From a virus, in the IMG/VR virus record IMGVR_UViG_3300047323_000545: a stretch of DNA of 64,000 nucleotides; one strand, written 5' to 3'. Both the position numbers and the translations under genes were made by a program. The notes beneath the pieces are model-generated. The model was not told the DNA's origin, did not search any database, and was given only the letters and a program-made list of their open reading frames with translations. The first letter of the stretch is position 1. The number at the start of each line of letters is the position of its first letter. Below, piece by piece: positions 45,756 through 55,317 of the stretch.

Positions 45756-47942
45756 CTACTCCCCGCCGTAGCTGGGGTTGGACGCGTACGGGCTCAGCGG
45801 CGGCGTGGCGGTCGCGGAGGACCCGGAGACGCCGGTGGAGTCCAGGACGGTCAGCAGGCGCCGGGCCTCGGCCGTCAGGGTGATCTCCAGCTTCTCCCGG
45901 CCCTTCTTGTCCTTGGTGGTGTGCTCCTTCTCCCACTTGGCGTACGTCTCGCCGGACTTGTCGGTGGCCTTGGCTTCCTTGGAGAAGTCGCGCAGCGGGT
46001 CGACCTTGTCCTTGCCGAGGATCTCGGAGACCGTCTTGCCCGTCTGGTCGCCCTCGACGACGACGGCCTTGCCGGACGCCAGCTCGTTGCGGTGGTTCTT
46101 GATCGCGTCGGCCAGCGAGACGACCTTCTTGCCGTCCTTGGTGGTGACGGCGACCTTGGTCTTGTCGTCGCCCTTGATCTTCTGGAGGAGGTGGTAGACG
46201 ACGGGGTCTTCCTGGCCGCCCTTCTGCTCGTGCCACTTCTGGTAGGCGTTGTAGGCGTCCGAGTTGTGGCCGCCGAAGCCCAGGAAGTCGCCGGACTTCT
46301 CCTTGTCGAGGTCGCCGAGGATGGACTTGCCCGCGTTCGGGCCCCGGTCGTCCTGGGTCTGGCGCATGTTGTTGCCGACGCCGGTGGAGACCGCGTTCTC
46401 CTTGCTGGCAGTCTTCTGGGCGGCCTTCTCCTTGGCCGTCATCTTGTGCGTCGTCTCGGCGGTGCCCTTGTCGTTGTACTGCTGCACGAGCCAGAAGGCG
46501 GCCTTGACCGGATCGTTGGCCAGCGTGCTCTGCCCGGAGATGGCGGCGATGACCTGCGCCATCGCCGGGGAGTCGTTGGCGTAGAACTGCCGGATCATCT
46601 GCTCGGCGATCTGCTGGACAACGTCCTCGTGGAGGTTGCCCGCGCCACCGGCCTTGGAGATCTGGTCCTTGATCCAGTCCTCGACGCCGGGCTTGAGCAC
46701 GGCGCTTGCCGTTGCCTGGTCCAGCTTCGCGTCGGCGGCGCCCTTGGACGTGACACCAGACGTCAGGTACTGCGAGACGCTCATCCCGGACATCGAGGCT
46801 GCCATGTAGGCGTGGTTCAGCGTCAGGCGCCCGGATACGTCCACGTCCTGGTAGGACCGGCCGTAGGAGTTCTTCGTCTGCTGCTCCAGAGACGCCACAT
46901 CCGCCGAGGACGAGCCGTATCCCTGCTTGATCGCCTGGTCCATCAGCTGCGTGAACTCGGCGCGCGCCTGCTGCGAGTTGACCCCGGCCTTGCCCGCGCT
47001 GTCGGAGACCGCGTTGAGGGCGTCGTTCAGGTCGTTAAGCGACCCAAGGGCGTTCTTGGAGTTGACCTGCAGCTGCTGCAGCGACTCGTCCACGGTCTCA
47101 CCGCGACGTGTCTTGCCGTGGTAGATGAAGTTGAGCGCATCCTGGCGGCCGACGCCGCCCTCCACCTTGCTGTTGTAGCCCAGCCTGGTGACGCCCTTGA
47201 ACGCCTTGCGTGACTCGTCGGAGGAGAGCACACCGAACGTCGACCAGCGATACAGCTCCTCGGAGGCACGCTCGCCGAAGCCGTCGAAGTTCGAGCCACC
47301 CTCGATCGACTGGTAGTAGGCGTTCTTGTCGCGCTGGCTGCGGACCTCGGCCGGGATGTCCGTGGCGGCACCGATGGCGGCACCCGCCACAGCGCCCCAG
47401 GGGCCACCGACAGCCGCACCGACACGGGGCAGCATCGACTTCGTCCACGAGCCGATACCCGAGGCATGACCGCCGCTACTGCCCGGGTGAACCGGTGCGA
47501 CCAGAGGGCCGCCATAGCCCGGCATGGGCCCGGTGTACGGCATGTGCGGATGCCCGTACGGGCTCATGTACGGGTACGGGTACGGCGGCATCGGGACCGG
47601 CGGCACAGGCGCAGGAGTCGGCGGCGTAGGCCCAGGAGGAGGCGGGCTGGACCGGCGCTGGGACTGGTTGAGCACCACCTGGCTCAGGAACTGCGCAGCC
47701 GTCTGCTGCAGCCACTGCGCGTTCGGAGCCACAGGCGCCGGGACCTGTCCGCCCAACAGCGCCTGCGGATTCAGGACGTTCTGCCGCGCCTGCCGCAGGG
47801 CGTTGGCCGTGCTCGACGGCAGGTTCTGCAGCGTCTGGTTCTGGTGCAGGAACGCCTGCAGCTGCATGGCCAGCGACTGCAACGCACCGGTGATGCCGCC
47901 AGGAGGGGTGTTGCCGCCCGGGGGCGGCGTAGGGGTCGCCAT
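45756..47942 (-). CDS. Tape measure protein (short, 728 aa)
   Basis: Follows frameshifted chaperones; helical Ala/Gly/Gln-rich; GAAVGGPWGAVAGAAIG. Confidence 0.7.
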   Translation of the reverse strand: MATPTPPPGGNTPPGGITGALQSLAMQLQAFLHQNQTLQNLPSSTANALRQARQNVLNPQALLGGQVPAPVAPNAQWLQQTAAQFLSQVVLNQSQRRSSPPPPGPTPPTPAPVPPVPMPPYPYPYMSPYGHPHMPYTGPMPGYGGPLVAPVHPGSSGGHASGIGSWTKSMLPRVGAAVGGPWGAVAGAAIGAATDIPAEVRSQRDKNAYYQSIEGGSNFDGFGERASEELYRWSTFGVLSSDESRKAFKGVTRLGYNSKVEGGVGRQDALNFIYHGKTRRGETVDESLQQLQVNSKNALGSLNDLNDALNAVSDSAGKAGVNSQQARAEFTQLMDQAIKQGYGSSSADVASLEQQTKNSYGRSYQDVDVSGRLTLNHAYMAASMSGMSVSQYLTSGVTSKGAADAKLDQATASAVLKPGVEDWIKDQISKAGGAGNLHEDVVQQIAEQMIRQFYANDSPAMAQVIAAISGQSTLANDPVKAAFWLVQQYNDKGTAETTHKMTAKEKAAQKTASKENAVSTGVGNNMRQTQDDRGPNAGKSILGDLDKEKSGDFLGFGGHNSDAYNAYQKWHEQKGGQEDPVVYHLLQKIKGDDKTKVAVTTKDGKKVVSLADAIKNHRNELASGKAVVVEGDQTGKTVSEILGKDKVDPLRDFSKEAKATDKSGETYAKWEKEHTTKDKKGREKLEITLTAEARRLLTVLDSTGVSGSSATATPPLSPYASNPSYGGE

Positions 47943-48401
47943 CTACTGCCACTCCCGATCGAATCCGTCGTCCATGTCTGGCACCGGCGGTTCGTCCTCC
48001 GGCTCCGGGTCCCCAGACACCTGCACACGTGACTGAGAGAGCGCCTCCTGCATGCGATCCCAGTCGTCGGTCGAGCCCTGCTGCCAGTTGACGGCGGAGT
48101 AGTCGTAGTCGACGCCCTCGTCGTCCGGTACATCGGCGGCATCCCTCGGCCACAGCTCGGTCGCGTCCACGCCCGCAGCCACCAGCGCGAACTTCAGCTG
48201 GTCCTCGAACGCCTTCTCGTCCCGTTTGAGCTGCTCCTCGTCCCGCTCGACTTCCTTCCAGCCGTTGGCGAGGATGAGCAGCTCCAGGCCGAACTGCTGC
48301 ACCCGGGACAGGTGCCGCCCCGACAGCAGCCCCCGCCGCTCAGCGATCCGCAGATGGCGCTCCAGCCACGGGTCTATGCGGCCGGGGCGAAGGCTTTTCC
48401 C
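47943..48401 (-). CDS. Tail assembly chaperone, -1 frameshift extension (gpGT-like)
   Basis: Slippery GGGAAAA at 48395-48401; the -1 frame is open to the stop adjoining the tape measure start. Confidence 0.75.
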   Translation of the reverse strand, partial: GKSLRPGRIDPWLERHLRIAERRGLLSGRHLSRVQQFGLELLILANGWKEVERDEEQLKRDEKAFEDQLKFALVAAGVDATELWPRDAADVPDDEGVDYDYSAVNWQQGSTDDWDRMQEALSQSRVQVSGDPEPEDEPPVPDMDDGFDREWQ

Positions 48402-48889
48402 ATGGCCTCGATGACCTGCGCGACCTTGTCCTCCAGCTGCAGGTACCGCTGGAAGACCTCGTTGATCGTCGGCTGGAACCAGTTGGCCTTGACGTAGGCG
48501 AACCGCCGGTGCCCCCATTCGGCCAGCAGCTGGTCCTCACCGATCGGCGTGGGCAGCTCCTCGCCGTCGACCGTCACGATCGCCATCGCCACCACCGCCG
48601 TGACGTAGGCGAGCTGCTCACCGCCGTCCTTGTACTTGGCGGTGACCTGAGCGACAGCGAGCTGCTCATCCACACCGAGGGTGCGGATAACGAACTCGTG
48701 CCCGAGCCAGGAGAAGCTCTCCGTCAGCGAACCCAGGTAAGCGAGCCCCTGAAAGGCCTCGGAGTAGCGCTCGTCGAAGCTGGGAAGCTCCGTACCGTCC
48801 TCAGCCTTCAGGGTCGGCTTGGCCTCCGGCGTGGCGGCCTTACGGCCCGGCCGGGAGGCAGGGTCGAAGGTGCCGTAGGTGTCCGTCAT
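48374..48889 (-). CDS. Tail assembly chaperone (gpG-like)
   Basis: Between tube and tape measure; ends ATG GGA AAA GCC...TAG. Confidence 0.75.
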   Translation of the reverse strand: MTDTYGTFDPASRPGRKAATPEAKPTLKAEDGTELPSFDERYSEAFQGLAYLGSLTESFSWLGHEFVIRTLGVDEQLAVAQVTAKYKDGGEQLAYVTAVVAMAIVTVDGEELPTPIGEDQLLAEWGHRRFAYVKANWFQPTINEVFQRYLQLEDKVAQVIEAMGKAFAPAA

Positions 48890-48902
48890 CGCTCGCTCCT
48901 GG

Positions 48903-49406
48903 TCAGCGCAGTCGGGTGGAGTGCGTGTAAGCGGCGACCACAGGCTTGGCGACGTCCAGGCCGCCGACCGTCAGGGTGTCGCCGTCGGCGATGTCGACGA
49001 TCGTCACGTTGTGATAGATCTTGCCGCGCCACTTCGAGGGGGTCGCCTCGGTGCCGGGCGGCTTGATGATCGTCTGCGCCGTCACGTAGTTCGGACTTCC
49101 GGCCAGCCGGTCGAAAATCTCGACGATGTTGTTCGTGCCAGACAGCCCGGCCAGCTGCTCCCAGATCGCCTGGTTCCACAGCTCCTGGATCGTCATCTGC
49201 AGCGTGCCGCCGCCCAGGACGCGGGACGTCGCGATCTCCACCGGCGTACGCGAACCAAGGGGCTGAATAAACGCGTACGCCTGCCCCTTGTCGCTCCACG
49301 CACGCTGGCCCGAGTCCTCGACGCTGTTCAAGAACGCGATCGGCTTACCGGCGTACACGAACGTGCTGTAGCCGGAGCCGGTGACGCGGACCTTGCCTGC
49401 AGGCAT
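48903..49406 (-). CDS. Tail tube protein
   Basis: 167 aa, directly after the sheath; beta-rich. Confidence 0.7.
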   Translation of the reverse strand: MPAGKVRVTGSGYSTFVYAGKPIAFLNSVEDSGQRAWSDKGQAYAFIQPLGSRTPVEIATSRVLGGGTLQMTIQELWNQAIWEQLAGLSGTNNIVEIFDRLAGSPNYVTAQTIIKPPGTEATPSKWRGKIYHNVTIVDIADGDTLTVGGLDVAKPVVAAYTHSTRLR

Positions 49407-49467
49407 TGCTCACCACCCCATCCGTAGGTCTCACCCACTGGTGCGGGATGGGCGGCCACGGACAGCA

Positions 49468-49501
49468 GAGGACCCCCGGCGCCCTCACACCGGGGGTCCT
49501 C
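49468..49501 (-). terminator. Hairpin after the sheath gene
   Basis: 12-bp stem GAGGACCCCCGG/CCGGGGGTCCTC. Confidence 0.5.
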
Positions 49502-49546
49502 CATAAAGCGCGGCAGGGGCCCGTCACAAGCGCCTGCCGCGCGGGC

Positions 49547-51073
49547 TCAGGCGGCCTGGTCTGTCTGCGTGGACGTGTCGCCGGTCGTGAGGTCGACGGC
49601 GAACTTCACGACGACATAGTTCATCGGGATCGGCGGCTTGTAGCTGAAGGTCCCCTCGATGACCGACGGGTCCGCCGACTGCTGCCGCACCTGCGCGTTG
49701 GCGTAGGAGACGATGATCGCGTCGGAAACCGCCTGCTCCAGCAGACCGATCAGCGCCGACTTCACGTTGATCGTGGTCTCGGCCGTGATCGGCTCACCGA
49801 TGAGCCCAGCGTTGGACATGCCGACCTGGATCATCTGCAGCAGGACGTCGCCGATGCGGGTCAGCGAGATCTCCTGCGTCAGGATCGACGACATGTTCGT
49901 GGACACGCCGTGCCGGGCGACCAGCTGGTTGTTCTGGTTGATCTCCGCGACGTTCACACCGGACTTCGAGAGGTTGTTCTTGAAGGTCCGCGTCATGGCC
50001 TGCGCGATCGTCGCGGGCAGGCCCGTGAACGACGTCAGCGACTGGTTCGTCAGCCCCCGCGCGACCGCGTTCCGCGCCAGCCGTCCGGCCATCGCAGCGG
50101 CCAGGTAGAAGCCGTCGATCTCCGTGGAGGCGTTCACGGCCGAGTTGAAGGCCAGCAGCCGGTTCGGGTAGCACAGCACCAGCCGCTTGCTGTCCTGCGC
50201 CAGCGCCAGCTGGTCGTGGCCGGTCGTGTTGTCGTACGTCGTGGCCAGGCCGGTGAACGCCATCCGGCCGTAGCCGTCGTTGGCCGCCGTCTCGCAGTGG
50301 TTCTTGACGTCGGCCAGCAGGTTCGCCACGTTCGTCGGCGTGTGCGCGTTGTACGTGCCGTCCACGAACAGCGGCACCAGGATCTGCGCCCGGTAGTCCG
50401 CCTCCAGCTTGCTGTACGCCGCCTGCAGCGCCGCCCGGTAGTCCGTCGCCGCCGGGTTGGTCGCTACGCACAGCACGCTGGCCGCGCCGTTCTCCAGAGC
50501 GATCTTCGCCGCCAGAGTCAGCGCCGAGGCGACCTGAGACGCGGTCGGGCTCGTCGGCGCGGTCGACAGCATGGCCTGCCCGTACGTGGCCACGACCTGG
50601 TCGTAGTCCTCGAACTCGGTCGGCTCGTAATACGTCGCGTTGGTGAACGCGTACGTCACCCGGACCTGGTCGCCGTCCTTCAGCCCGTTCGGCGACGGCT
50701 GAGTCAGGTCGCTCTGGCTCGACGACAGACGCTTGATCGAAGTGATCGCCGTGGCGGCACCACCGGAACCGGCGGTCACCACGAAGGTGTAGTCGGTGTT
50801 GTAGACCATGACCGTGCCCGACAGGGTCGTGACCACGGGCGCCGCGATGGCAGGCGGCCCCACAACCGCCGCGATGTACGCGCCACGCTGCAACAGTGCG
50901 GTCGCCGAGCCGGAGAAGACGGTGACGACCTCACTGGTCGTCTGGTAACCCAGGGCCGGGCCGATCACCGTGACGGTCGTGGTTGACACGCCGCGCGGGG
51001 TGACCGTGGGAGTCGATTCGTCGCTGACGTAGACGCCGGGCGGCGTGTACGTCGCAGAGGAGATGTCGGGCAT
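49547..51073 (-). CDS. Contractile tail sheath protein
   Basis: YTPPGVYV N-terminus, AAAMAG, RHGVST, EIS..R..D, YKPPIPMNYVVVKF C-terminus. Confidence 0.85.
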   Translation of the reverse strand: MPDISSATYTPPGVYVSDESTPTVTPRGVSTTTVTVIGPALGYQTTSEVVTVFSGSATALLQRGAYIAAVVGPPAIAAPVVTTLSGTVMVYNTDYTFVVTAGSGGAATAITSIKRLSSSQSDLTQPSPNGLKDGDQVRVTYAFTNATYYEPTEFEDYDQVVATYGQAMLSTAPTSPTASQVASALTLAAKIALENGAASVLCVATNPAATDYRAALQAAYSKLEADYRAQILVPLFVDGTYNAHTPTNVANLLADVKNHCETAANDGYGRMAFTGLATTYDNTTGHDQLALAQDSKRLVLCYPNRLLAFNSAVNASTEIDGFYLAAAMAGRLARNAVARGLTNQSLTSFTGLPATIAQAMTRTFKNNLSKSGVNVAEINQNNQLVARHGVSTNMSSILTQEISLTRIGDVLLQMIQVGMSNAGLIGEPITAETTINVKSALIGLLEQAVSDAIIVSYANAQVRQQSADPSVIEGTFSYKPPIPMNYVVVKFAVDLTTGDTSTQTDQAA

Positions 51074-51101
51074 GCCACCCACCAGTCGCGTCGGTCAGCT
51101 G

Positions 51102-51135
51102 TCACCCCTTGGGGCGACAACCGGGCCGTGGACAG
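51102..51135 (-). promoter_or_regulatory. Putative late promoter CTGT-N21-AAGGGGTGA
   Basis: Exact consensus upstream of the sheath gene. Confidence 0.65.
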
Positions 51136-51225
51136 CAACAGGCGTGGTAGCTTCAGCGCGGGGCGGGCGACCCCATGGGACGTTCCACATCCCAACGGTG
51201 CGATGCCGATCGCCCACCTCCCGCT

Positions 51226-51858
51226 TCAGTGCCAGGAGTCGAAGCCGCTGTCGCTCAGGTCGTCGAGGGTGAGGTCTGCGGTCGGCGTGACCACGATCTT
51301 CGAGAGCGGGACGATGACGCCGGTCTCCGGGTCCGGCGTGAAGTCACCGATCAGGTCGATGGCCAGGGTCCGCTCGTAGACCACCTCGTCAGTACCCCAC
51401 GGCGTGCCCGGCTCGGCCGACTCCCCGGTCGACTCGATCTCGTCCGTCCGGACCGTCAGATCGATCAGGTCGTTGTCCGCCAGGTAAGAGCGGAACCGGC
51501 CGCGCAGCGAGTCGAACCCGGACCAGGCGATCGTCGCCACCAGCTCGTCGTAGACCCGGTCCCGCTCCACGCTCGACAGAGCGACGACGACGAACTCCCA
51601 GGAGCCTTCGAACCGGAAGCGCGTGTACGGCGCGACACGGCCGCCGTCGACCGGGTCGGTGTCCTCGACGTGCGAGACGCCCGCCTGCCGCAGAGGGCCC
51701 GTGTCGCTATAACGCACCCAGACCTCGGGGAAGCTGGACTTGTCGACCGGGTACTCCAGCGAGCAGTGCAGCCCCCGGAACTCCGCCACGGGGTACTGGT
51801 CATCGAAGGCCGCGTGCAGGGCCTCGATCGCGAGGGTCTTCACCCTGGTGACGTACAT
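51226..51858 (-). CDS. Tail terminator/completion-like protein
   Basis: Upstream of sheath; EYP....FP.V.V pattern. Confidence 0.5.
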   Translation of the reverse strand: MYVTRVKTLAIEALHAAFDDQYPVAEFRGLHCSLEYPVDKSSFPEVWVRYSDTGPLRQAGVSHVEDTDPVDGGRVAPYTRFRFEGSWEFVVVALSSVERDRVYDELVATIAWSGFDSLRGRFRSYLADNDLIDLTVRTDEIESTGESAEPGTPWGTDEVVYERTLAIDLIGDFTPDPETGVIVPLSKIVVTPTADLTLDDLSDSGFDSWH

Positions 51859-52583
51859 CAGCGGAACTCCTCGCCGTGCAGGCGGACGTTGTTTCTCCAG
51901 CCCCGGTCAGCGACGTAGACCCGCTCGGCCAGCAGGCCGTTCTTCTGCGCCGCCAAGGTCATGGACGTGTTCAAAAAACTCCGGGGCTTCAACCCCGGGT
52001 GGCGCCACCAAACACCGATGTTCCCCGGGTGGATCGCACCCGGCCTCTTCCCGGGCCGGGTCCAAGGCTGCTTGGCCTCGCGCCAGCCGATACGGCCGGG
52101 AGCGCCCGGGTAATGAGCCGGAGAATCGGAGACGAGCACCTTCAGACCGGTCTTCGGGTCCTTCTTGTAGACCTTCTTCCGCTCCCCGATCTTGGCAGCG
52201 CGCCGGAAGATCAACACCTGAATCTTGCCGGTCTCCGTGGTGCGCGTCTTCGCCTTCGGGTTGTCGCGGCGCTCCTGGCCGGTCGGGTCGTCGATCCACA
52301 TCGGGATGACCTTCCCGGCCAGCGAGCGCATGGTGAACGGCTTCGTGCCGTGGTCTTGGTACCAGACGACGTCGGTGGACCAGGAGATCCCGAAGTAGCC
52401 CTTGCCGTACAGCGGCTGCAGGCCGCGCGCGGCTGCGCCGGTGAGCTTCGGCATCCGGCGCCGGGCCTGCCGTACGGCCTCCCGGGCCGCAGCCTGGGCG
52501 CGCTTCGGGGGGAGCCCCTTCTCGACCATGATCATGCGGTCGGGGTGGGTGACGAGGTGGACCTCTGGGACCTCGACCAGCAC
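51858..52583 (-). CDS. Basic neck/tail-completion protein
   Basis: PKLTG, YQDHGTKP, HPGLKPRSFL resemble HK97 gp10-like proteins. Confidence 0.5.
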   Translation of the reverse strand: MLVEVPEVHLVTHPDRMIMVEKGLPPKRAQAAAREAVRQARRRMPKLTGAAARGLQPLYGKGYFGISWSTDVVWYQDHGTKPFTMRSLAGKVIPMWIDDPTGQERRDNPKAKTRTTETGKIQVLIFRRAAKIGERKKVYKKDPKTGLKVLVSDSPAHYPGAPGRIGWREAKQPWTRPGKRPGAIHPGNIGVWWRHPGLKPRSFLNTSMTLAAQKNGLLAERVYVADRGWRNNVRLHGEEFR

Positions 52584-52584
52584 G

Positions 52585-52974
52585 TCATTCCCCGTAGTAG
52601 TGCACGTCGGCGAAGGTGCCGTGCTTGACCGGAACGTGTGAGAGACCGGCGGCGTCAGCAGCGACGAGGCGCTGGTGACCGTCGACCACCTCGGGCGGGG
52701 ACTGCTCGTAGTCGATCCGGACGGGCTTCTGGACGCCTCTCTGACGTACGTCCTCGACGAACTCCTTCATGGCCGGATGCTCCATGTCGAAGTTCTCCTT
52801 CGCCTCGTCCCAGGAGCCTGCGTCGGCGAAGGAGAAGTTGTGCTTGATGTTGTCCAGGGACTCCTGGGTGGGGTGCTCGGTCACGGCCCCATCCTCTCCT
52901 GCATGGGAGCTGCCCAGGGCAGCCTCGACGGACCGTCTGGCCTGATCGACGATCTCACTCCACACCAACGTCAC
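52585..52974 (-). CDS. Stand-alone ParB/Srx N-terminal-domain protein
   Basis: GVQKPVRI...VVDGHQRLVAA..AG...VPV; own late-type promoter at 52989-53023. Confidence 0.7.
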   Translation of the reverse strand: MTLVWSEIVDQARRSVEAALGSSHAGEDGAVTEHPTQESLDNIKHNFSFADAGSWDEAKENFDMEHPAMKEFVEDVRQRGVQKPVRIDYEQSPPEVVDGHQRLVAADAAGLSHVPVKHGTFADVHYYGE

Positions 52975-53042
52975 AGCGCCTCCTCTGCTCACCTCTTGAG
53001 GGCGACGGAGGAGGCGCGGACAGCGCTACGGTGCGACGCGAG

Positions 53043-53528
53043 TCAGGCAGACGCAGCCCATTGTTCGCCCCGGGACTGCTGGCAAACTACGCACTGTCGC
53101 CCCCTCCCGTCGGGCCGGACGTACACGTTCTCGCCCGCCAACTTATGTCCGGCCTTGCAGTGCGTCTTCCTGGTGTTCTGGTTGGCGGCCCTCCCTCTCA
53201 GCACCTTGTCGGCCACGTTGTCGGCGTGAGTGCCAGCCAAGAGATGGTGCGGGTTCACGCACGGCGGGTGGTCGCATCTGTGTCGAACGACCAGGCCGAG
53301 AGGCACAGGTTCCCCGTTGTGCAGCTCCCAGGACACCGGGTGCGTGCGGCGAGAATGCCCGTTGAGGCGGAAGACTCCGTATCCGTTTGAGTCAGTAGCC
53401 GCACCCCAGACCCAGCAAGGTCCGTCCAGTATTCGAGGGCCGTCCCGATCCACCTTCGACCAGAAGCGGACCTCCCAGTCGCTCACCCTGCCGATGACCG
53501 TAAGGCGTCTATTGGCACCAGAACTCAC
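53043..53528 (-). CDS. HNH homing endonuclease
   Basis: RFWSKV, CWVW.....NGYG, VRHRCDHPPCVNPHHL..GT..DN, KTHCKAGH; GTGA-coupled to thyX. Confidence 0.85.
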   Translation of the reverse strand: MSSGANRRLTVIGRVSDWEVRFWSKVDRDGPRILDGPCWVWGAATDSNGYGVFRLNGHSRRTHPVSWELHNGEPVPLGLVVRHRCDHPPCVNPHHLLAGTHADNVADKVLRGRAANQNTRKTHCKAGHKLAGENVYVRPDGRGRQCVVCQQSRGEQWAASA

Positions 53529-54256
53529 GGTGCCACCCGACCGTTCTTGTTGAACGCCTCGTAGGTGATCGGCATGAGCCGGGCCCACTCTGCTTCCATC
53601 TGCTCGGCAACCATCTCGATCTCGCGCTGTGGGTAGCTCTTGACCTTGGCGTCAGGATGGGTGGTACGCAGAGACAGGAAGTGCATGAGGGCTCGGGCAT
53701 TCGTAGTCACGTACATCGACGAGAACAGGCCCACCGGCAGGACAGAGCGAGCGACCTCACGGGCGACGCCCGCCTTCAGCATGCCCTGGTAGCTGTCGTA
53801 CGCCTCCTGGTAGGCGAGGGTCATCTGCGCGTAGGTCTCGTCGGCCTGCTCGACGGTGCCCTTGACGAACTCGTATTTCCCGGGCTTCCCTTTCTGGACG
53901 AGCTTGCGGTCCGGTCCCGGCACGTAGAACACCGGCTCCAGCTCGCGGTACCTTCCGCTCTCCTCGTTGTAGCTGAACCCGACCCTGTGGCGCATGAACT
54001 CGCGGAAGACGAAGATCGGGGCCTGCACGAAGAACGTCATCGAGTTGTGCTCGAACGGCGAGCCGTGCCGGTCCCGCATCAGATAGTTGATCAGGCCCTT
54101 GGACTTCTCGGGGTCCTTGCGGATCTCCCGCAGGGACATCTCCCCGGCGGTGGAGACACGAGCGGCGAAGATGACGTCGGCGTCGTCGGCAGCGGCCTTG
54201 ACCAATCCGACGGTGACGTCATCGCGGAAGGTGAGGTCGTAGTCCTCTGTGGGCAT
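53525..54256 (-). CDS. thyX: Flavin-dependent thymidylate synthase (alternative start 54412)
   Basis: AARVS, HGSPFEH, RHR...SYNEESGRY, REVARSVLP, NARALMHFLSLR, QREI. Confidence 0.95.
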   Translation of the reverse strand: MPTEDYDLTFRDDVTVGLVKAAADDADVIFAARVSTAGEMSLREIRKDPEKSKGLINYLMRDRHGSPFEHNSMTFFVQAPIFVFREFMRHRVGFSYNEESGRYRELEPVFYVPGPDRKLVQKGKPGKYEFVKGTVEQADETYAQMTLAYQEAYDSYQGMLKAGVAREVARSVLPVGLFSSMYVTTNARALMHFLSLRTTHPDAKVKSYPQREIEMVAEQMEAEWARLMPITYEAFNKNGRVAP

Positions 54257-54466
54257 GGCGGTACCCCTTGGTGTGGTGGTTGTGGCTTCGTCTTCCGGCA
54301 GCTGGTCCGGCATGAGGTTCAGCACGTAGACCAGCCGCTTTTCCAGTTCTTCGTCGGTGAGGGGACGGAAGTCCCCACGGCCGTCTTCTTCTTGCTCAGG
54401 CGTTGGTTCCATGCACTACTGGACGACGCACCCGAGGCGCTTGTTACACCTCTCCCAGTACGTGGC

Positions 54467-55132
54467 TCAGTCTCGCTCGTACAGCGGAATCAGCGGAGCC
54501 CGAATTACTTCTATGTCGGCGAAACTGGGAGGAGTTGACCCAAACCGGGACAGGATGGCGATGAGGTCGCTGGGGTTCGGCGGGATCGTGTAGGCCACGG
54601 AGTCCTCGTCCTCGACGGCCGCCCGGGTCAGGTTGTACGCCGTCCCGTCGTCCCTCTGGTGCGGGGTCCCGAAGCCGGTGCGCAGCGTGGTGCGCTGCGG
54701 GGTCCGCAGCTGCAGGCGCTCGCCGGTGGCGCGCATGGCGTAGTCGCCGCCGTGGACGCGGAAGTCGCTGGTGGTCTCCATGTGGACCTCCTGCGGCGAG
54801 ACGACGCCCCGGGCGGTGAAGCTCTGGCCGTCGTCGGCGTCCGTGAAGATGGCCGGGCGCACGATGAGCGCGCGGTAGCCGCCCTCAAAGCGCGTACCGA
54901 AGCAGGAGGGGCACTTGTTCCGCGTCGCCTGCCCGTACGCCTTGGAGATGCGGTCGGACGCGCACACCGTGCACAGGCCGACGAGCCCGGCATCGTGGTC
55001 GCGCGCCGTCCACAGCAGGCAGAACAGGGTGTTCTCACCCATCATCCACAGCGCCTGGTCGTGCCGCTGGCGCTCCTGCTCGACGGCCCAGTTCTGCTGG
55101 GTGCGGACGTACGTCCCCCGAGTCGTCTTCAT
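54467..55132 (-). CDS. Head-tail adaptor/closure-like protein with CxxC motifs
   Basis: Neck position; CTVC...CPSCFGT.FEGGY. Confidence 0.55.
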   Translation of the reverse strand: MKTTRGTYVRTQQNWAVEQERQRHDQALWMMGENTLFCLLWTARDHDAGLVGLCTVCASDRISKAYGQATRNKCPSCFGTRFEGGYRALIVRPAIFTDADDGQSFTARGVVSPQEVHMETTSDFRVHGGDYAMRATGERLQLRTPQRTTLRTGFGTPHQRDDGTAYNLTRAAVEDEDSVAYTIPPNPSDLIAILSRFGSTPPSFADIEVIRAPLIPLYERD

Positions 55133-55305
55133 CAGCTCGCCGGGACGGGGACGACGCTCTGGGCCGAGAACACGGCCGTCCGCGTGGCCGCCGGGATCTG
55201 CCCGTACTGGGCGGCCGAGAGGATGACGACGTCGCCGCCCTGGTAACGGTTGCCGTTGGGCAGCACGACGTCGACCAGACCGGCCTTGAGGGTGACGCTG
55301 TACAC
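55132..55305 (-). CDS. 57-aa hypothetical protein (VYSVTLKAGLVDVVLPNG...), not in the ORF track
   Basis: GGAG RBS, TGATG coupling, high GC3. Confidence 0.55.
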   Translation of the reverse strand: MYSVTLKAGLVDVVLPNGNRYQGGDVVILSAAQYGQIPAATRTAVFSAQSVVPVPAS

Positions 55306-55317
55306 GGGGTTCTCCGA

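Noticed and set aside
24610-51858. Extracellular contractile injection system or tailocin
   Set aside because: Capsid, scaffold, neck and a full replisome are contiguous with the tail genes, so this is a phage.
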